From Pseudomonadota bacterium (GTDB taxonomy: Bacteria > Bdellovibrionota > Bdellovibrionia > Bdellovibrionales > SG-bin7), in the NCBI GenBank assembly GCA_034439715.1, contig JAWXAY010000075.1, forward strand, positions 1,040-65,039: a DNA stretch of 64,000 nucleotides. The letters are read 5' to 3'. Position 1 is the first letter of the stretch. Each line of letters opens with the position of its first letter. Positions 21,109-28,366 of this stretch are shown piece by piece. Position numbers and translations under genes: made by a program. The notes beneath the pieces are model-generated. The model ran no database searches. It saw only the letters and a program-made list of their open reading frames with translations, and was not told the origin of the DNA.

Positions 21109-21918
21109 TTAAATAATAGAAACAACATCCGCTCTTGTAAATGAATACTTTTCAGAACTAGTCTGAGCAAGAAATCCCGCCAGCCGTAGTTCGCGTTCAA
21201 AATGATCGAAGCTGGGGTAGAAGTGATAGTAAAGCAGGCCGGCATCAGTGTTATGATTTCCTAAAAATGAACTGACGGTATCGCCAGGAGACCAAATATT
21301 TTGACCACGCCATCTAAAGCGTAAAATTTGCGAGCCCCAGAAGAGTCTATCTCTAGGCGTTAACTGCCGAATATATGGCAAGCAAAACAAAACAGAATTT
21401 TGATTGCCCAATTGGTGTAGTTTTTTTAGGAACTCAACTCGCTTGGTTTGGGTAGGTATGTGGCCAATAATAGCTGGAGAAACAAAAAGAAAATCAAAAT
21501 GGGCATTGCTTAAAGAAAACACATCGCCTTGCTTGAAAGTCACCCGACTTTTAATTCTGCTTGAGACCATTTGAGCGCGCATGATCATAGACTGACTGGA
21601 GTCGATCCCTAAAACCTTATAGCCCATTTTTTCAAGCGCAAAGGACTCTCGACCGGCACCACAGCCGACGACTAAAGCTGTGGGGCTGCCCTGAAAAAGC
21701 TTAAAGGCCGCGAAGGCAGCTTGCAGTTCCTCGGACTCTAAGCCAAGACGCACCAATTTTTCGTAATAATCAAGTTCTGTGGGAGTTGAGTAACGTTCGA
21801 TCATTTTATTCATGAGTTTGTCGCTCGACGAAAGCGCCGAAGAAAACGATGGGGAAAACAGTGCCTCAGCAATCTGCTTAAGTCTACGTGGGATCTTTTT
21901 AAAAGAACTGAGGGTCAT
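21109..21918 (-). CDS. Class I SAM-dependent methyltransferase
   Basis: LVVGCGAGRE motif I, GIDSS, GDV. Confidence 0.88.
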   Translation of the reverse strand: MTLSSFKKIPRRLKQIAEALFSPSFSSALSSSDKLMNKMIERYSTPTELDYYEKLVRLGLESEELQAAFAAFKLFQGSPTALVVGCGAGRESFALEKMGYKVLGIDSSQSMIMRAQMVSSRIKSRVTFKQGDVFSLSNAHFDFLFVSPAIIGHIPTQTKRVEFLKKLHQLGNQNSVLFCLPYIRQLTPRDRLFWGSQILRFRWRGQNIWSPGDTVSSFLGNHNTDAGLLYYHFYPSFDHFERELRLAGFLAQTSSEKYSFTRADVVSII

Positions 21919-21919
21919 G

Positions 21920-22738
21920 CTAATATCTTAGCAAAAAATTCCGGCCTTGTGTGCGAACTTTTTTAAAGGCGGAACCCAAAATTTTAAGGCTGATCGCTAA
22001 TAAAACAAGACCAAAGGCGAAAAGCATCGCCCATTCGACAAAGTTAGGTGGCGATTCTGAATATAGGATCCCACGAGCGCGCGTGAGCACAAAGTAAAAG
22101 GGCGAAACGAGTGCCACTGACTTCTGTAGAATCTCAGGTAGCACAGAAGTTGGAAAATAGAGACCCGACAGCAAAGTTAAAAATGAAATTGCGAAGGTCA
22201 GAGCTCTTTCTCCCCGGCCAAACAGGATAAGCACTGTAGCCGATAGTAGTCCTAGGCTCAAAAAAAACGGGAGTGAACAAAAAACAAAGGCCAAAAGTAA
22301 TATAAGTTTTTGCAAACTGAGCTGAAAGCCAAAAAATAAAGCGGCCAATCCAACTAAAATCAAAAGCCGTACTGCATCCAAGGGCAGTTTTGCCAGTGTC
22401 CAAAACAATAAGGGGGTCTGAGTTCGTGTTGGCAGACTCATAAAGGTCTCAAGTGTCCCACTAGCCACAGCCTGACGAACAACATGAATGGTCCCTTCGA
22501 TGAGAACGAGAGGTAAAGTGAGAATTAACTCCCCGCTAAAAACAAAGTTAAAGTAATCGACTGTTTCTGTAGTTAAATGGTCCTTAAGAGCCGGGGCAAA
22601 GGCCTCAGAAGTAAACCAATACATGATTAGGCTCAATACCGAACCGACAAGTGCGCCTCCTATGGCCCATTTGGAGGGGTAGGAATCCTGGTATTCCATT
22701 GCGACAAATTTAGAGTAAATACTCTGCCATTTTTTCAT
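21920..22738 (-). CDS. ABC-2 type exporter permease
   Basis: About six TM segments; GTLE and LSGLYFP motifs; start overlaps the ATPase stop. Confidence 0.88.
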   Translation of the reverse strand: MKKWQSIYSKFVAMEYQDSYPSKWAIGGALVGSVLSLIMYWFTSEAFAPALKDHLTTETVDYFNFVFSGELILTLPLVLIEGTIHVVRQAVASGTLETFMSLPTRTQTPLLFWTLAKLPLDAVRLLILVGLAALFFGFQLSLQKLILLLAFVFCSLPFFLSLGLLSATVLILFGRGERALTFAISFLTLLSGLYFPTSVLPEILQKSVALVSPFYFVLTRARGILYSESPPNFVEWAMLFAFGLVLLAISLKILGSAFKKVRTQGRNFLLRY

Positions 22739-23370
22739 TGAAGTCGACCATTGGCCAGTCTATAGGTTTTAGACTGAAGCGACTGCCACTCTTGATCTAA
22801 GTGGTTAGTAAAAATCAATAATCGATTCTTGCTATTTTCTGATAGAATTTTTACTAAGCCTAGGCGAGTTTTCTTGTCGAGACTTCTTAACGGTTCATCA
22901 AGCAAAAGCACTTTACGGTCGCTAATTAGAGCCAATGTAACTCGTAAAAGTTGCTTCATGCCAGACGACATTTGATTAAACGGAGTTTTTAAAATTTTTG
23001 TGAAGTTGAAGTGTTGACTGAGTTGGTGCAATTTTTTTTCAAGACTCAAATCGTTCAGACCGTAGAATTCAGCTAGAAGCGAGAGATTTTCTTGCCCTGT
23101 TAGGCGTAAAAAAAATCCCCCATCGTTGACGCCGACATAGGCTAATCGGTCCTTAATTTTTAAAAAATCATTTTTAGTGTCAAGATTATCAATTATGACT
23201 TGGCCTTCGGTAGGTAATAAGAGCCCCGCGAGTGTTTTTAAAAAAGTAGTCTTTCCACTGGCATTATCACCGCAAATTTCAATAGTCTCGCCCATTTGCA
23301 CTTCAAAATTGATATCATTTAAAACATTTTTGGCGCCGTAAGAAAAGGTGAGGGCTCGCGTACAAATCAT
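22735..23370 (-). CDS. ABC transporter ATP-binding protein
   Basis: GDNASGKT Walker A, MSSGMKQ signature, LLLDEP Walker B. Confidence 0.92.
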   Translation of the reverse strand: MICTRALTFSYGAKNVLNDINFEVQMGETIEICGDNASGKTTFLKTLAGLLLPTEGQVIIDNLDTKNDFLKIKDRLAYVGVNDGGFFLRLTGQENLSLLAEFYGLNDLSLEKKLHQLSQHFNFTKILKTPFNQMSSGMKQLLRVTLALISDRKVLLLDEPLRSLDKKTRLGLVKILSENSKNRLLIFTNHLDQEWQSLQSKTYRLANGRLQ

Positions 23371-24212
23371 TTAGTTAAACGGCGGAGGCCATATAAAAAA
23401 GCCTCAACGATAGTGTCGCGCATTAGCGCTTTGTAAAACATATAAAAGGCGTGAGGCTTTTTATGGAGTTGTTTACGAATTCTCTCAGGATGAAGAAAGC
23501 GTGCGGAGGTCTTGCGTAAAAACCAAGAGGCCAATGGCTTAAGGGGCTTTTCGCTTACTACACTGTGGCCATAGTACTTCTCGAGAAGAATTAAAGATAC
23601 ACCCACCGCATTTTTTAAGCGATAGGACTTAGCTCGCAGAAATATTTTAGGCCAACTAATCGAAGCGCTTTCTTTAAGTAACAGAAGATTGAGATCATAT
23701 AGCCACTGAATTTCGTCAAATAAATGTTGAAAGGCGCCGTGGCCGCAGAGATAAACAAAAAGATCTTCAGCACAAGGCTCGCGAAACCAAACGAGCCCCG
23801 GAATTTTTGTTTGTCGGGAGTCCTTAATAAAGGAGTAGTCTATATCTCGGTCAACGAGAAGTCCTTTGTGAATTTCTACTGGAAAGTTATCAAATAAATA
23901 AACGGCCCGAAAAGCATTGCCCATCCATTTTTTGCCATTAATAGGTTTGCCACCCAAATCCTTCAGAACTTGCATTGATTTTTCCCAGTTCTGGGGCTCT
24001 ACAAAAAGGTCCAAATCAGTATAGTTACGCTCGCTGGCATTTTCATAATAGCGAAATATCAGGGCCGGTCCCTTTAATATCCAAATAGGAATTTTACGAG
24101 CCATAAACTCTAGATCTAATCTTTTAAGGAGTTCTAAAAAATAAATATGGCGAACAAGGTGAGTTTTTTTTAATATCGTGGAGCCATTATTAGTGAGGTT
24201 CATCTCAGGCAT
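23367..24212 (-). CDS. Nucleotidyltransferase family protein (NTP_transf_5-like)
   Basis: ILKGPAL, ERNYTDLDLFV, VEIH and WLYDL motifs. Confidence 0.85.
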   Translation of the reverse strand: MPEMNLTNNGSTILKKTHLVRHIYFLELLKRLDLEFMARKIPIWILKGPALIFRYYENASERNYTDLDLFVEPQNWEKSMQVLKDLGGKPINGKKWMGNAFRAVYLFDNFPVEIHKGLLVDRDIDYSFIKDSRQTKIPGLVWFREPCAEDLFVYLCGHGAFQHLFDEIQWLYDLNLLLLKESASISWPKIFLRAKSYRLKNAVGVSLILLEKYYGHSVVSEKPLKPLASWFLRKTSARFLHPERIRKQLHKKPHAFYMFYKALMRDTIVEAFLYGLRRLTK

Positions 24213-24218
24213 ACAACA

Positions 24219-24247
24219 ATGCTATTACTCTTATTTTTTAATGTCAA
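24219..24247 (-). promoter_or_regulatory. Internal sigma-70 promoter inside the RiPP cluster
   Basis: Minus strand TTGACA-N17-TAGCAT, 6 nt before ATG 24212. Confidence 0.5.
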
Positions 24248-24681
24248 AGATTTGACTTGAGCCAAAAGAAAGCTCTGCTTAGGAGAAACAGTACTATCAA
24301 GGAGATCCATCTTTTTAGTCGTGTTAAAAAACTTTGATTTGAAAGATGCCCCATCGTTGAAAGCCGGGCCAAAAGCGACTTCAAAGGCTGTCCCCTTTGA
24401 CCCCAAACATAGGATTTATGTTTTCGTTTGAGCCCTTGGACCATTCCCCACATTTGATTTTGATTAAAGGGCTCGAGGTTTGTTGAAAAATCGCCTTTCA
24501 AAAATAGACCATTTTTTAGGGTAACGATTCGGTGTGATATCCATTGTTGTTCATCTTTTACGATGACGATGTCGCCCGTTTCGACTGTGGCTTTCTCAAA
24601 AGAGACTAAGAGTTCATCGCCTTCTTGAAAAAAAGGCCACATGCTGTAGCCAGAAAACGGCAGGCGGGCCAGGGCAGACAC
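24244..24681 (-). CDS. S24/S26 family (signal-peptidase-like) peptidase
   Basis: GYSMWP catalytic Ser, GDIV, SHRIV His, LKGD; GTG start directly after the precursor TAA. Confidence 0.82.
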   Translation of the reverse strand: MSALARLPFSGYSMWPFFQEGDELLVSFEKATVETGDIVIVKDEQQWISHRIVTLKNGLFLKGDFSTNLEPFNQNQMWGMVQGLKRKHKSYVWGQRGQPLKSLLARLSTMGHLSNQSFLTRLKRWISLIVLFLLSRAFFWLKSNL

Positions 24682-24870
24682 TTAAGAGTGTAATTTCAAG
24701 GAATTGCAGCTATCGGCTACCGCAGCCTTACGTCCTCCGGCCATTGACATTCCATTGCACCCGGCTCCATAAATCATTAGAGATTCAGTAGTTACTTTGG
24801 GCGAGCTGTAAGGTTTTTTTTCTGTTTTCTTGTTCTCTGTTTTGGTCTCTGGTTTTTTTGAATTTTTCAT
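24682..24870 (-). CDS. Putative RiPP precursor peptide (62 aa)
   Basis: SD AGGAG; KKPYSSPKV resembles the YxxPxL RRE-binding leader motif; Gly/Ala/Ser-rich core with Cys38 and Cys55; lies between rSAM and peptidase. Confidence 0.85.
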   Translation of the reverse strand: MKNSKKPETKTENKKTEKKPYSSPKVTTESLMIYGAGCNGMSMAGGRKAAVADSCNSLKLHS

Positions 24871-24887
24871 TTTTCTCTCCTGATTTT

Positions 24888-25940
24888 CTAGTTTATTTTT
24901 TGGGCAAATTGATGAGCTTCATATTTTATCTTAGCAAGCATCTGTTGAAATGGAGTTACTTTTAGTGGGTCGCCATGTTCGTGTTGAGCTGCGGCTGGGC
25001 AGTGATCGCAAAAGGACATATGTTTACCCTCTACACCCTTCATTTGGCCAAACTTAAATTCTCGCCATTTTGAGGCTAGTTTGCTCTCCCAAATTTCTGA
25101 AAAGTTTTGCTTGGTTAAATCTCCGAGCGGCTCTCTAACCTCAATGCAAGTAAGTAGTTCGCCATAAGCTGTAACAGCACATTTACCTTTAGCCGCATTG
25201 CAAAGATAGTCGGATTTAGTTTCGGTGGAGGGTTGAGGTGCTGAATAGGGCCAACGTGTAATATGCTTGATGTAAAATTCCCGAAGCTGTTCGGGCGTAG
25301 CGCGCAAAGATGTTGGTGATAGCTCTCCATCAAATTTAGGCGTAATAAAAGCATCGTGCCTAACAGCGGCGTTTCGGCTAATTCCCCATTCAGCCATTTC
25401 AAAATAGGACTCAATGTTTGCTTGGGTTAATAGACAATTAATATGAATATTTATTTTTTGAGCGACGCAGATTTCAATCGCCTTTTTGGTTTTCTCGCAA
25501 GACCCATAAACTCGAGTCATTTTATCATGGATGGCAGGATCTAGGCTATACAAGCTAAAGGCGATGTCGGCCATGCCTACTTCTTTTAAGCGCCTTCCTG
25601 TTTTTTCATTTATCAATAGTCCATTAGTGATCATAGAAAGAGAAAATCCCAGGCGATGGGCTTCGTCAGCAATGTCCCAAAAAAGTGGGTTCAACATGGC
25701 TTCACCGCCCATGAGGATTAAGTAAAGAGTTCCCGCTTCGCGCAGTTGCTTTAAAATATGTTTCCACTGGTCTAAGTTTAGAACTCGAGAGGCAGTATCT
25801 TTGTATTCAGGAATATAACAGTGCGAACAGCGCTCATTACAGCGATTCGTTAGTTCGAGCGAAGCCTGAATAGGTCGAAAGGCCTGGATACTGCGGTTCT
25901 GCCATTTGTCAAAAACCGAAACACCTCGTTCAACGGACAA
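24888..25940 (-). CDS. Radical SAM peptide maturase with SPASM/Twitch-like C-terminus
   Basis: CNERCSHC (CxxxCxxC), GGE, ITNG; C-terminal CNAAKGKC...GELLTC...FSEIWES...CDHCP. Confidence 0.92.
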   Translation of the reverse strand: MSVERGVSVFDKWQNRSIQAFRPIQASLELTNRCNERCSHCYIPEYKDTASRVLNLDQWKHILKQLREAGTLYLILMGGEAMLNPLFWDIADEAHRLGFSLSMITNGLLINEKTGRRLKEVGMADIAFSLYSLDPAIHDKMTRVYGSCEKTKKAIEICVAQKINIHINCLLTQANIESYFEMAEWGISRNAAVRHDAFITPKFDGELSPTSLRATPEQLREFYIKHITRWPYSAPQPSTETKSDYLCNAAKGKCAVTAYGELLTCIEVREPLGDLTKQNFSEIWESKLASKWREFKFGQMKGVEGKHMSFCDHCPAAAQHEHGDPLKVTPFQQMLAKIKYEAHQFAQKIN

Positions 25941-26205
25941 GAAGCATTCCCTTCTCCCTCATTTCGCCAATGAGGGTAATTGTGTCGGCGGTCGCTTGTT
26001 CAGTCGGGACATCGAACTCATTACAAAGACTAGTCACAACAGCTCGTACACTCGTTTCTCCATCGAGCATTCTCCAAATAAAAGTGGCTGTTTCATTGAG
26101 TTCGTGGACCGCTGATTTTTGAGGAGTAAGAACTAACGCTTTGCCTTCCATTTCTTGCCAGGGAGTTAGAGTTTCCTTTTTAAAAACTTGATCAATCGTT
26201 TCCAT
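25930..26205 (-). CDS. PqqD-family RiPP recognition element
   Basis: HELNETATFIWRMLDG...V..LCNEFDV...D...L; SD AGGAG before ATG 26205. Confidence 0.92.
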   Translation of the reverse strand: METIDQVFKKETLTPWQEMEGKALVLTPQKSAVHELNETATFIWRMLDGETSVRAVVTSLCNEFDVPTEQATADTITLIGEMREKGMLLVR

Positions 26206-27124
26206 CAACAACTCCTAAAAATGGGGTATTTAAATTGAGTTTCAAATTCCAGCTTGGAACCGTCGCTAAAAACCGCTCTGTAAGTTGGGTTAACTTCTGA
26301 ACTTCTTGGTGGCTGACATGAGTCCAGTTGGGATACATTAGCGACATAAAAAATCTTCTCATAGCGGCTACGCCAGACAAGCGTGTTTTTTCTAAATCTC
26401 CCGCCTGTTCTAAAAAATAAAAACCATTTATTGGAAATTTTTTACCAGCTCGCCCTTTAAATTTAGGATTCTGTCCTAGTATCGGAGTTTCAGCAAACGC
26501 TGTGCTATTTTCAATGGTAATCAAGATCATATCGTCACCAAGTATCAGGCGATCTTTAATGCGCGAAACCGTTGTCGTTTTGCCCACGCCAGAGGGGCCG
26601 ATAAACATATGTGCCCGATCGCCCTGACCGACAAAACACGAACTATGCATAACGATACAATCTTTTCTTAACAAAAACTTTGGCATTAACCAGCGAAGCG
26701 CATTATAAAATCCGTCATCTAAATTTGGCCGTACATAGACGCTGATTAGCTTCTCATTTTTTGCTATTCCCATAAAGTCACGCTGTATGGCTACTTCGCA
26801 ATTACTATGTCTTGAAATTTCTAAGTCCGAAATTGGGTCCTCATTCCAATGGCTAAGTTCACTTTCGCTCACACCAAAGGGACTCTGCCAAGAAACACAA
26901 AAATCTAACGGTTCTGATGATGAATGATTTGTCGTCTCTAAAACGTTGTAAGAATTTAGGATTCTTTCAACCCAATTCTTCATTTCAATATTGTCGTAAG
27001 AAAAACCGACGTTGAGACCGTGGATCAAAAACTGTGCAGAAAATTCATTTTTAGATTTAAGCTCTAACGCTCTCGGAATCAGTGACCTTTTTTTATTTCG
27101 AGAATCAATCTGTACGTCATTCAT
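26192..27124 (-). CDS. HPr kinase-related kinase (ScmC/PadeK-like)
   Basis: MHSS His motif, GPSGVGKTT Walker A, LGDD Asp-Asp motif. Confidence 0.85.
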   Translation of the reverse strand: MNDVQIDSRNKKRSLIPRALELKSKNEFSAQFLIHGLNVGFSYDNIEMKNWVERILNSYNVLETTNHSSSEPLDFCVSWQSPFGVSESELSHWNEDPISDLEISRHSNCEVAIQRDFMGIAKNEKLISVYVRPNLDDGFYNALRWLMPKFLLRKDCIVMHSSCFVGQGDRAHMFIGPSGVGKTTTVSRIKDRLILGDDMILITIENSTAFAETPILGQNPKFKGRAGKKFPINGFYFLEQAGDLEKTRLSGVAAMRRFFMSLMYPNWTHVSHQEVQKLTQLTERFLATVPSWNLKLNLNTPFLGVVDGND

Positions 27125-27223
27125 AATACGTACCAGTTTAGCAAGATTGCGTAAAATAGGGAAAGATAATGAGTATAAATGCCGGCATCAGGACCTAGGT
27201 CGATAAATCAATTTCTTTGCACG

Positions 27224-27787
27224 TCATTTACTGCCACCCAGAAGGCCTTCTTTTAACTCGGGGTTTGGCGGTTCTTTTCCAATGAAAACTGACATGATGG
27301 TCTTTGGAAAATGAGGGTCAAAAATAGCACCCTGATCCTTGTTTTTTACAGTGACTTGCAGATGATCCGAAAAGACGCTAAATACCATGCGATCGCCTGA
27401 CTGCATATCAGTCATCATGGTCAAAAATCTTTTTATAAGGGGCTTTTGCTCTTCGCATAGTGCACCACAATTATTTTTGAAGGCAACTTCCCAACCTTCA
27501 GTTACTTTGGATTTTGATACTTCTCTCAAGAAGTGAAGGACTACTTTTTTTGGACTGGTGCTCTCAATAATCTCATTCGATAATTTCGTTTTTTTTTCAA
27601 TATAAAGGCCAGCCACATAAACTTTTATCGGGACAAATAAAATCCGAGTGAGTCGAGTGCCCAGGCCATTTAATACGAGTTCTTTTTCGTCAAGAATTTC
27701 CTTATCAACAAATTCGACATCGTAAATTTTCGCTGCCTGAGCTGTGGTTGCAAGAAAAACCAATATGATTAAATTCTTAATGATCAT
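27224..27787 (-). CDS. Chalcone isomerase-like periplasmic protein
   Basis: Signal peptide; LVLNGLGTR, VYVAGLY, LKEGLLG. Confidence 0.88.
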   Translation of the reverse strand: MIIKNLIILVFLATTAQAAKIYDVEFVDKEILDEKELVLNGLGTRLTRILFVPIKVYVAGLYIEKKTKLSNEIIESTSPKKVVLHFLREVSKSKVTEGWEVAFKNNCGALCEEQKPLIKRFLTMMTDMQSGDRMVFSVFSDHLQVTVKNKDQGAIFDPHFPKTIMSVFIGKEPPNPELKEGLLGGSK

Positions 27788-27809
27788 GATGTAAATACTT
27801 CCTCAAACT

Positions 27810-27842
27810 AAAAGAAAAGGCCAGGGATTTTACCTGGCCTTT
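27810..27842 (-). terminator. Rho-independent terminator after the Pro-rich peptide gene
   Basis: Perfect 10-bp stem AAAGGCCAGG/CCTGGCCTTT, 7-nt loop, U-tract on minus strand. Confidence 0.8.
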
Positions 27843-27866
27843 GTTTCAAGAGTATGGATCTTCGCA

Positions 27867-28070
27867 TTAAATGCAGGGGATATGCGGGATATCTGGTAGA
27901 TCCGGAAGATCTGGAATTTTTGGCAATTCAATGCCGATATCTGGCAATTTGACATCGGGAAGTTCAATTTTGATATCAGGAATTGGACAATCACCTTCAT
28001 GACTGTCTGCGAATGCGCTGATGCCAGTTAATAATGCAGCCACAAAAGAAATAGCTAGAATTTTCCTCAT
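27867..28070 (-). CDS. Secreted Pro-rich micropeptide with (I/L/V)P(D/K) repeats
   Basis: SD AGGAGG; signal peptide ending AFA; own terminator; repeats flanked by two Cys. Confidence 0.8.
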   Translation of the reverse strand: MRKILAISFVAALLTGISAFADSHEGDCPIPDIKIELPDVKLPDIGIELPKIPDLPDLPDIPHIPCI

Positions 28071-28338
28071 TATATTTCCTCCTGTTGTTAAAATTCGCTA
28101 ATGAAGCAGCCCCAGGCTACACGAATAAAGACAACAAGCTCAAATAAAAAAGTGATTTCGTAGGACCTTGGTCTAGCCCCTATTCCAAAACATGTATCAA
28201 ACGTTAGTACTTAGCGAAGTGCTAAGTGTCGCCTGGACTTACTAATATAAATTTTTCAGGATTTGCGAGCCGTATTCGACGGCATCCACAATTCGAACCA
28301 AATGATATCCGAGCACCTAGCTAATTCATTTTGAACAC

Positions 28339-28355
28339 GGGGCCATTGTTTGCAT
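28339..28355 (+). promoter_or_regulatory. Putative sigma-54 -24/-12 promoter of the transposase-like gene
   Basis: GG-N10-GC (GGGGCCATTGTTTGCAT), preceded by TTCA-TTT-TGAA dyad at 28325-28335. Confidence 0.4.
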
Positions 28356-28366
28356 CACCTTAAACA

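Larger units (their letters stand above)
19984..27124 (-). other. Putative radical SAM RiPP biosynthetic gene cluster (10 genes)
   Basis: Co-oriented, abutting or overlapping genes for kinase, PqqD, rSAM, precursor, S26 peptidase, nucleotidyltransferase, ABC transporter, methyltransferase and GT4. Confidence 0.85.

Noticed and set aside
24200-24406. 68-aa alternative-frame ORF as a second precursor or frameshift extension of the peptidase
   Set aside because: Overlaps the intact peptidase frame; no leader motif, SD or clear slippery site.
24888-26205. PQQ biosynthesis (pqqD/pqqE)
   Set aside because: No pqqB/pqqC, and the peptide lacks the PqqA ExxxY core in the expected C-terminal context; the tailoring genes do not fit.
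19984-27124. Lasso peptide cluster (suggested by the YxxP leader, kinase and nucleotidyltransferase)
   Set aside because: No asparagine-synthetase-like cyclase and no transglutaminase-like B2 protease in the window; the core lacks a suitably placed ring-forming Asp/Glu.
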